Below, piece after piece: positions 53,901 through 64,000 of a stretch of DNA of 64,000 nucleotides (the first letter of the stretch is position 1; every line of letters begins with the position of its first letter). The notes under the pieces were generated by a model. It made no database searches. It was not told the DNA's origin and saw only the letters and a list, made by a program, of their open reading frames with translations. The position numbers were made by a program, and so were the translations under genes. Source of the stretch: Malacoraja senta (Eukaryota); assembly GCA_038087875.1 (NCBI GenBank), contig CM075994.1, positions 3,412,001-3,476,000 of the forward strand, written 5' to 3'.

Positions 53901-55774
53901 GGTACACAAAAATGCTGGAGAATCTCAGCGGGTGCAGCAGCATCTATGGAGCGAAGGAAATAGGCAACGTTTCGGCTGCTGCACCCGCTGAGTTTTTCCA
54001 GCATGTTTGTGTACCTGGGATTTTCCAGCATGTGCAGTTCCTTCTTAAATACATTTTAGTTCATCGTGTATTTTCTCACGCATACCATGCGGGACGCGGT
54101 GAGGGGCACGTACCATCGGGGTGACCGTATGGTCAACAATGATCTTATATATTGTGGGTAGTTTGCCGAGTTTGTTGTCAAACAAATCTTTGTAGTTGGA
54201 TAGCATCTGTTTAATTGATTCCACTGTCAAACGGAGTTTGTGAACAATCCGACCGAAATAGACCAGACCCAGGGCATGGCACGCATTGATGCCTAGCAGG
54301 GTTTAAGAACTTGGTTGAGCGATGTAAAAGAGTAAGTTCTTGGTCTGTTCAATGATGGTACATTTGAAATCAGCTTTACCCAGCGGGTGGAGAATTTCTC
54401 CTCCGTAAGCATGTAGAGTGGAGGAGTGTTTTTTCATGAGCACAGTGGCTCTTATCGTGTTTAACAATTTGAGTGACATGACGTTTACCCTGGCGCCGGT
54501 ATCGACTTTGGCGATCAGGGGTTTGTTATGGATTATCATGGTCACCGCAGGATCAGTCACTTTGCCTGGGGCGCGCGGGTTTAGGGAAAGTACGGTAGAC
54601 TCAGTATCTGTGTTATCAGAGTCGTTTCAGAGGGAAGATTCGTCTTGTTCATGGGAATCAGAATCAGACGGGTCTTGTTGAATCAGGTGCAGCTTCGTCC
54701 TTGAAGCTGTACTCCCACAGGATCGACAACAATTAGCAAAGTGGTTGAGTTTGTTGCAATTATGACATACTTCCCCATGGGCAACGCAAAATTGGCGCCC
54801 CTGGAGTGGAAATAGTTAGTGTTGGTGCACCTCGTGGCAGGCATATTCTGATCTTTGCGGGACTCATTGAGAAATCTTTGTGGAGAATAGCTAGCCAGAT
54901 TTACATTCAGTTGTTGATTACATTCACACTATCAAAATCAGCCAGTCTCAGCCATCCGACAAGCATGAATTGCTTGGTCATAATTCAGTTCAGCGTTCCG
55001 CAGTAGTTCGGCTCGCAGCTTGCGGTCGCTCATTCCTCCCACAATTTTATCACGAACTAGCTCATTTGTCAACTCACCAAATCTGTACCGAGAGCTGATA
55101 TGTCTCAAGTCGCTAATGAATTGTTCCACAGTCTCGTCAACCTGTTGCATTCGAGCAAAAAATATTGTTCCCTCCAGGATTCTGTAAGACGGCAGGTCAC
55201 ACAGTTCTCTAAGCTTTCTCAGGAAAACCTTTGAGTTGTCCATAGATTCGGCCGGCACCACTGCCAGAACATTCCCGTCTAGTTGAGCTGATGCAAATGC
55301 AAACTAGTCAGCGCGAATCATAGCCTCTGGACACGCTCAATTCTACAGCAGAGAAGCTTTCAAATCGTCGGGATCGTTTCGGTGAACGATGCGAATATAA
55401 TGAGAGTAGTCCTTCTCAAACATTCGCCATCGCTCGGCGATATCAGAATCAAACGCGAGCGGGCTAGGCTTTCGACAAGAGTTTGCCATGACCAAAACTC
55501 ACAAATAAAAGCTGGTAAACGAAATAAATCGTGGTAAACAGACGCGGGGTAGACACGATTATCTGACACCATGTAAAGAGCTCAAACTCACACAATTTGA
55601 CACACAAGCATTTTTATTATTCAGGTCCTTAACTACTAACCAGGTCATCACACGTTCACACTGCTATTCGTACTGGTAGACAGTGGGTAGGATCTTACAC
55701 TATGAATGTTATAATTAAGCGGGGTTATAATTACTAAGCATTCTAATTTGCTAACATGCTACAGCCAATCTACA
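50942..55774 (-). mobile_element. Full-length degenerate Gypsy LTR retrotransposon
   Basis: LTRs 50942-51142 and 55572-55774; tRNA-Leu-like PBS TGGTGTCAGA; PPT agaagaagaga; gag CCHC knuckle; KVDTGA protease; IVDD RT; YAQIEKELLA RNase H; SSPEYPQSNG integrase. Confidence 0.95.
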
Positions 55775-56012
55775 ATCCCCCAACGCAATATTCCGCCTCT
55801 TCACCAATTCCAATATTGGTGGCCAATGTGGGGGGGGGGGCTTCTGGAGCGCTGGTATGGGTGTTGTGGGCTGAAGGGATTGGTCTACTGATGGCTAGTA
55901 TGGACATTGTGGGCCAAATGGATTCTTGGCGTGGCAGCTCAGTTCCTCAAGCCTGATGTGCTGGCAGCTCACTCACGGCTGGTGGGCTGACAGAAGATTC
56001 ACGGCTATTCCT

Positions 56013-56372
56013 TGAATTTCCATTTCAAGCAGGGTGTAAGGCCACCAAATTCAAATCCATTTTCCTACCATTTCAAGCAGAATGCAAGGCTACCAATTTC
56101 AAGTGCAGTTTCTTACCACTTCAAGCAGGGTGCAAGGCCACCAAATTCAAGTGCAGTTTCATACCACTTCAAGCAGGGTGCAAGGGCACCAAATTCAGGT
56201 GGAGATACCTACCTCTTCAAGCAGGGTGCAAGGCCTCCAAATTCAAGTGCAGTTTCATACCATTTCAAGCAGGGTGCAAAGCCACCAAATTCAAATGCAG
56301 TTTCATACCATTTCATGCAAGATACAAAGCCACCACATTCAATTGCAGTTTTATACCATTTCAAGCAGAGTG
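56013..56372. repeat. 48-bp minisatellite, about 7 copies
   Basis: Unit ccatttcaagcagggtgcaaggccaccaaattcaagtgcagtttcata. Confidence 0.9.
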
Positions 56373-56754
56373 AAACCACCATAAAACCACACGAAACACC
56401 AAACTCACCGTTCAGTATACATTCACTGTGTTCAGATGATTCACAGCTCAGACAGTCGTGACCTCTCCCTCCCCCAGCATGCGGAGACTGAGCCACAGCC
56501 ACACTTGCGGGTTTTATAATCTCTCCCCCTCCCACCGCAAAAGGTGTGGCCTTCATTGCGTGATTGACAGGAGAGAGATTCTCAGCATTTTTTAAACACT
56601 TAAAACACTTTTATGCTTCATTGATGGGAATAATCCTCTGCACCTGATGAGCGGAGGGGAGTCTGAGTAAGATGGCCAAAAATCACAGCCGTAAGTGGTA
56701 GCGTTTTATCAAAATCAATATACAGTTCAAACGGGAAGTTGTCAAGTTTAGCCT

Positions 56755-56985
56755 TCCAACCATTTGCAATGCTTTTTACTTCAAACCAAACCCCCACCAA
56801 CAATTTGCAGTGCTTTTACTTCAACCCAAATCCCCACCAACCATTTGCAGTGCTTTTACTTCAACCCAAACCCCCACCAACCATTTGCAGTGCTTTTACT
56901 TCAAACCAAATCCCCACCAACCATTTGCAGTGCTTTTACCTCAAGCCGAACGCCCACCAACCATATGCAGTGCTTTTACTTCAAG
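56755..56985. repeat. 40-bp minisatellite, about 5-6 copies
   Basis: Unit ccaccaaccatttgcagtgcttttacttcaacccaaaccc. Confidence 0.9.
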
Positions 56986-57627
56986 CGACATTAAGGGCAC
57001 TCAAGGTCATTAACACCATGCTCACAGTATAGTAGACATGTGTTCAGTGTTCTTCACAGCTCAGACTGAGAGACGTGACCCTCTTACTTCCCCCATCTTG
57101 CAGAAACTGAATGAGGAACAACACTTCCGGGTTTTATAGTCGATACCCCGTCCCACCAGCAGGGGCAGCTGAGAGAACCTGAACATGTTTTTAAACATTA
57201 ATAACTCTTTTATTTTTCATCGATGGGAAAAATCCTCTTGTCCTGCGCAGCGGAGAGGGACTCTGAGTAAGATGGCCAAAAAGTGGCAGTGTTTTTTCTA
57301 AAATCATGAAATAGAAAAACAGGAAGTGATCAAGATCAGACTTTTAGTACTACAGATAACGCAGCTTTGAATAAATGTGTGACCTTTTTGCTATTGTTGT
57401 TACTGACGATGTTGTCTTAGGGAAGGAACATCCGGTTTCAAATGTGTACAATTGTTAAACATGCATATCCCTCCCTTATCACTGATCAGAGACGATAGAT
57501 CCATTCGCGGTATCAATCATTGAAGAGTATATTTCTCAGGAACGTTGGAAGCGGGGTGTGATGATGGCGGTACATGTGATATACACGTAAGTTCTCCCAC
57601 CCTTTCGCGGAAATCAGCGATGAGGAA

Positions 57628-58718
<1,091 letters not shown>

Positions 58719-59623
58719 TCTATATGTAACTAAAACTATGATCTTGTTAGCTTCCAGTTTTGCTTTTTTTCCCGGTAAAAACGGCATACGAGAGCGCTAC
58801 GATGTTTCCCACCTTACTCACCATTCTCCTGTGCTGCAATTGCAACACGCTTTGTTCCGATTCTTTACAAGAAATTAAGGTTTTAAAAAATCTTTAAACC
58901 GCGCATGCGCATATTGGTCTCTTCTCCCGTCCGTCACCGCCAAGCAGATTGGTCTCCTCTCCTCTCTGTCACCGCCAGGCCGGGACGGAGACACCGCTTC
59001 TCGCACCATCGCCGCATTGATTGACCGCGTCCGCTGTCAGTCATCGGCGGCGCCGTCCTCGCCCGGCGATGAATGACAGGAGAGGAGACCAATCTGCGTG
59101 AACGCAGCCCGCAGCGAGGAGAATATTGCAATGTGAAAGGTAAAGGCGGCGCCCGCTCGCCGGCTCCGGGGACGGGGAGAGACTTCGCGACCATCCCGGG
59201 CCTGGGCGCTGAGGCTGGCGGCGGCGGCGGCGGCGCCGCCTGAGGCGACGATCCGGGACCAGGGCGTTGAGGTTGGCTCTCCGGGTCCGCTGTGGGGGAG
59301 GTGGGTGATAGAGAGATAGCAGGGGGTGGGGAGGGGAGTGGAGTTATTGAGGGAGGGAGTGAGTGACTGTGGGTAGAGGAAAGGAGGGGTCAGGTCAGGG
59401 GGGCGACTGGGTGAGGGGAGGAGGAGAGGGGGAAGAAGAAGGAGGGTGAAGAGGAGGTGGAGGAAGTGCTGGGAATGAGCAAAAATGAGCCGCGCCTGCG
59501 CAGTTAGTGGATTTGCGTGAGTGGTGGAATATTGCGTTGGGAGATCGGGTTGCGTTGGGGAACGGCTGAGTGGTGGAATATTGCGTTGGGGGAGCAGACC
59601 TAACGGGTCTGCACTTAGTCTAG
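58719..59623 (+). mobile_element. Non-autonomous Helitron related to 50888-57356
   Basis: 5' TCTATATGTAACTAAAACTATGATCTTG; 3' hairpin GCAGACC..GGTCTGC then ACTTAGTCTAG; shared subterminal GGAATATTGCGTTGGG. Confidence 0.78.
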
Positions 59624-60384
59624 ATATAGCTATATTTCGAAGGATCCAACAAGAGACCACGGTTAAGGGCTCACCACACTGATTTAGGGCAGACACGTAT
59701 TACTAAATGGACATGGCGGCTAAAAGCTGAGCACTGGCAGCGAGGCAATCTGGTCGTTAGTACCAGTGCAGGCACAAGCTGGTAATGCGCTTGAGGCGGG
59801 CATCATCTGGAGGAAATTTGCACCGTATCTTTTTTTAATTGCTCGGAATACTCCCTATATTCTTTCAGTTTATTTTCAGCATCGTTAATTTTAACCTTCA
59901 TAAACGGAGTAAAACAATGGGATGGAACACTATGCGGTGAAATCTTTTAAACTGCAGCCCCTTTAGGCTGCCCCCCTTTCACGAAATCAGACTACATTGC
60001 CGATTATGCTGATCATTATGTCAAAAGTAGACAATCAGCAATTACAGCAGCATGAGCAAACACTTGGTACTTCTCAATAGGTCCAGAACATAATAACAAA
60101 AAAACAAAGAATGAAGCATCCTCGCAATTATTGCAATTGATTTTGTCATCATCAGCTACCCAGGAAGAAATAGCAATAAAACAATGTATTATAATTTTTA
60201 GCCTATCGACATATTTGAGTTAACAAATCATTCGTGGCAATTTAGCGATATGAGGAATAACTTTCTTCCAGCACATACACGATAATTTCATGCCGAATTT
60301 CTTCCGCCTAAAGCTCTCCACTCGCTAGCTACGGGGCAACATTGGTATTTTCAATACTCAGGAAGCGTGTGGTGAATGTCATTG

Positions 60385-61232
60385 GGTGGCGCCGCGCGCG
60401 GCAGCCTCGCCAGCAGTTTGTCCGTCCTTTCACCCTTTTTGTTATTTTTAGTCTGTCTTAAAGTATGTTTCTGGAGGTTTCTCCGTCTTTTTTTCTGGTG
60501 GTGGGAGGGGAGAAGAGGCGAAACCGTTTCTCAGTCAATTACTGGCCGAGGATGCGAATATACTCCGATTCGCATCTTCGCCCCCTCTCGCGGCCTACCA
60601 ACTGGATTGGCGCGGTCTTTCCGGCCGGAAACCGGCCAGAGCTTCAGCAGCGGCGCAGCACAGAATTACCATCGCTGAGCGGGCGATTCGTTACCGAGGA
60701 TCGCCCTGTTGGAGCTTCGGAGTGTTGGGCCAGTTGACCTTAGCACCGTGCAGCTGTGATCTGCGGAGCTTCTGGCAGCGGGCGGCGTTGACTTCAACAT
60801 CGCGCATGCCTGGGATCTTTTTCCGAGGGTCGCCAGCGTTGGAGCTCCGCCCAGCTCGGCCTGTGGACTCGGAAGCCGCGGACTCCAGTATGAAGTGGCC
60901 GATTGGGAACGCCAAGCTGCTGTGAGTGTTCTTCCGTTCCGACACCGGGGCTCCGATCATCCCGGCGAGAGGGCCTGAAAATCGGTCCGCCCGTAGCGGC
61001 GACTGCAGAGGGCTCAAAGGCCCCGACCATATGTGAACAAAGAGGAAGCTGCCTGAAATGGATTGCCTTCCCTCACAGTGGGAAACCTTGACCACATTGT
61101 GTGGGGATATTTATGTTAAACTCTATCGGGTATTGTGTTATTTTTTTTGTCTATATGGTAACTCAAATCTCACTGCACCAATTGCTGCATGTGACAATAA
61201 ATTGAACTTGAACTTCAACTTGAACTTGAACA
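60385..61232 (+). mobile_element. GC-rich non-coding retroposon with (TTGAAC)n tail
   Basis: GC-rich body, AATAAA followed by (ttgaac)n. Confidence 0.55.
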
Positions 61233-61614
61233 TATGTTGAAACTTATAACTGCAGATGCTAGTTTGCACAAAACGAAACAAAATGCTACCGTTAGTCAGC
61301 CGGTCATAAAGTTCTCAGGGGAACATGCATATGTGACATTTCTGGTCGAATCTGAAGAAAGCTCCCGACCCGAAAATCACCTATCCATGTTCTCCATGGA
61401 TGCTGCTTGGGCCGCTGAGTTACTACAACCCCTTGTGTCCTTTATTGAATAGAAGTTCCTCGATTTTCTCACCCCTTGTTATATCTATGACATGGATTCT
61501 CTTCGCGCTTTGCATACAGCTTTTCGGAATGTTACCCAGTTGCTGAAATGGAGAATGCATTTGTGAAGCGTATGTCAAAACCAAACACGTTATGTCCTTG
61601 ATATATTTGTGCAG

Positions 61615-61641
61615 AGGATAAACTCCGTGACAAGGGAGCAG
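61615..61641 (+). CDS. micro-exon 27 nt, EDKLRDKGA
   Basis: tatttgtgcag|aggataaactccgtgacaagggagcag|gtaaa. Confidence 0.82.
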
Positions 61642-61779
61642 GTAAACATTACAAATTCGATTTAGTTCATCTCCGATAATATATTATATGACCGTTCTTT
61701 GTTCAATGCAGGCTAATTCAGTGCACTGTCGTAGAATATATTATACCACCGATTAACTTTTCTTTATTTTGCTTCTCAG

Positions 61780-61791
61780 ATGCCAGTTGCG
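61780..61791 (+). CDS. micro-exon 12 nt, DASC
   Basis: ctttattttgcttctcag|atgccagttgcg|gtaagt; strong pyrimidine tract and consensus donor, phase 1-1. Confidence 0.7.
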
Positions 61792-62827
61792 GTAAGTATT
61801 ATGATGAACCTATGGAAGTAAGAAGAAATGCTCAACTGTGCCGAATGTGCGGTTAATAAGGATAATAGAGCAACTGTCATGAAATGCCTTTGCATTTGTA
61901 TTTGAGGTTCGTTGTTTGGACGCCAAATACACATATTGCATGGGGGCATCATTCAGGATTTTTCCATTATTTCTTATTTTCTTAAATTATGGGTAATTGG
62001 AGTCACGCAGCCTCGAAACCGACACGTTGTGCGCTACCTCTCGAACTATGCTAATCTCACTTTTCAGCATCGGACTGTAACATTCTACGACATGGTTCTC
62101 AGCTGTTCTTCTAAAACCATTTATAACGTTGTGTTAAACGTTAAATTTACACCACCTCCTTTGGTAATATGTTCCACATGGAAACCATCCTGTGGACGGT
62201 GTATTTCTCTCGTACATCTCTTGTTCATCATCTTACACCCCGCATCACCTCTGCTAAGAAGACATTTGGCTTGCTTTCATACCTGCGTATGTCCCTTATA
62301 ACTTTCTATTACACAGTCACGTTTTTCTCAGCCTTCTGTGGTCCACGGAAAACACACGCATATTGATCAACCGTACCTGAGCAGCACTTCAGACAACGTT
62401 TGGGTGAATATGCTCCTACCTAAAATTAACGCCATCATATTCCTCCTATCGCGTGGTGTCGAGAAATGCACAGTGGAATATGACCTACGGCTGAACTAAT
62501 GTTGTATATTCTCATAAAATACCACCTCCACCCCCTGGGATAATCATTTGGGATAATCATAAATTTTATTCCAATGCGTTCACCGGAGCTGCAGAGACAA
62601 TTCAAGCTGTGGACAAACAGGAATTCTACACACTTGCGCACCGCAACTGCCTGAATCATACATCTCATAGCTTTAAAGTATGCAGTACCTTTAATTATAT
62701 TAATATATTTGAATGCATCCGAAGACAATTCTACTCAGATTTCATACCGAATAGACGGCTCGCTGGCATTTGCCGCTCGTTTTAAAAGTAATATTGTAAT
62801 ATTGTAATGCGATTCTCTCTGGTGCAG

Positions 62828-62854
62828 CACTGAAACTGAAGCGAAAGATTTTTG
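62828..62854 (+). CDS. micro-exon 27 nt, ALKLKRKIF
   Basis: ttctctctggtgcag|cactgaaactgaagcgaaagatttttg|gtgag. Confidence 0.75.
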
Positions 62855-63439
62855 GTGAGAGCTCGAATTAGTTTACGTATACATTTGCATGGACAAATGT
62901 AAAATATTTACACATTCAGTTCTAATTTGAAATGATGAAAATGATAAAAGAGAAGATGTAAATAACCCGAGGCAGGTTAAAATATTGCTGTTGGCTTCGT
63001 GACTTGGGTTCCTCGTCGTAATGAAAGTGAAAAGTCCAATGAAATCTCTCTCTGATTGAGAAAGGTCACGAATTAATCTGATGATTGACCAAACCAGCAG
63101 AATAGACATTTCTCTCGACGTCACGTGAAGAGTAAAGCGCAAATGGTTATTATTCCCATTATTGACCATATAATTTTGCACCCATTGATTTTCATATCAA
63201 TGAGCATCACATCCTAACTTGATGCCGACGAGATACAAGTAAGTTATTAAAAGCAGAATCTCACCGGCTGATCATTTAAGGTTAATATGCCTCACGCTCA
63301 ATCACCAATTATTTTCTATTTTGTGACCCGACAACATTTAAGGATATCATCCATGCTAGTAGCTGAGACACGGGCTATGTGTTATATACCTGTTTGGTTT
63401 GATATTCAACTTTCTTGATTTATCATAGAGCAAATAAAT

Positions 63440-64000
63440 ATCAGAAATAGATGTAAAACCTCCACGTTTGCGGATGACACAACGATGGGCGGCAGTGTGA
63501 GCTGCGAGTAGGATGCTATGAGGCCGCAGGGTGAGTTGGATAGGTTGGGTGAGTGGGCAGATGCATGGCGGGTGCAGTATAAAGTGGATAAATGTGAGGT
63601 TATCCACATTGGTGGAGAGAACAAGAAGGCAAATTATGTCAGATGGTGCCAGATTAGGAAAAGGGAAGGTGCATCGATACCTGGGTGTTGTACATCAGTC
63701 GTTGAAAGTAGGCATGCAGGTACAGCAGGCAGTGAAGTAAGCTCATGGCACGTTGGTCTTCATAACAAGAGGAATTGAGTACAGGAACAAAGAGTTCCTT
63801 CTGTAGTTGTACAGGGCCCTAGTGAGCCTACATCTGGAGTATTGTGTGCAGTTTTGGTCTCCTAAATTGGGGAAGGAGATTCTTGCCATTGGTAGTAGGT
63901 TCACCAGGTTAATTCCGGTATTGCGGGACTCACATGTGATGGAAGAATTAATCAACTGGGCTTATATTCACTGGAATCTAACAGGATGAGAGGGAATCTT
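63440..64000 (+). mobile_element. Old CR1 ORF2 fragment, runs off the window
   Basis: FADDT, ELDRLGEWA, HLEYCVQFWSP with stops. Confidence 0.9.

Larger units (their letters stand above)
50888..57356 (-). mobile_element. Non-autonomous Helitron containing a Gypsy insertion and two minisatellites
   Basis: Minus strand: A|TCTGTAGTACTAAAAGTCTGATCTTG ... hairpin GGGACCC-AAC-GGGTCCC, ACTTAGT-CTAG|T. Confidence 0.8.

Noticed and set aside
56012..56461. 149-aa ORF with 16-aa repeats; CRISPR-like look of nearby repeats
   Set aside because: By-product of a 48-bp minisatellite in a Helitron; no unique spacers, no cas genes, eukaryotic context
59037..59696. 219-aa Pro/Ala-rich minus-strand ORF and CpG-island-like stretch
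   Set aside because: Lies almost wholly inside a GC-rich Helitron; no domain motifs

Overview
Eukaryotic genomic DNA, most likely from a cartilaginous fish such as a skate or ray (inferred from the HE1/V-SINE-like SINE plus CR1, Rex1/Babar and Penelope repeats). Nearly all long ORFs in the track are transposon-derived: two young CR1 LINEs, two degenerate Gypsy LTR elements, Rex1/Babar, Penelope, hAT, a Harbinger-like MITE and Helitrons. The main signal is invisible to the ORF track. The whole window lies inside one + strand gene whose coding part here is about 26 micro-exons (16 x 27 nt, 8 x 36 nt, 1 x 24 nt, 1 x 12 nt; 756 nt over about 62.6 kb). All are phase 1-1 and join without stops into about 252 aa of E/K/L-rich coiled coil: EIEKLRKSLQDA ESVLQKKDQ EIEKLRKSLQDA EFNIRKKES DMSDHLKTD DQKLKEAQS ELLQLTAIRADL EKLLLIKNE EVKELKKNN ELKVNCIP DREKLEAIQKDI VQLLELKDK ELEEIRRQK NKELTTTKS EVHTLKSTLEIA KNDLQLKDE ELLKHVKSD EEQIRETQQ ERKKIEAIRLNV EELLRRQES ELSKLRKQLSEA EEEGTKKDE ESKRMKKALQDL EDKLRDKGA DASC ALKLKRKIF. 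The exons form 27+36 nt (21 aa) and 27+27+27+36 nt (39 aa) modules, and one module duplication is still visible together with its flanking intron and Gypsy insertion. The architecture recalls butyrophilin/BG-type cytoplasmic tails, but gene identity cannot be fixed because both ends lie outside the window. Exons were found by eye from splice motifs, with no transcript evidence.
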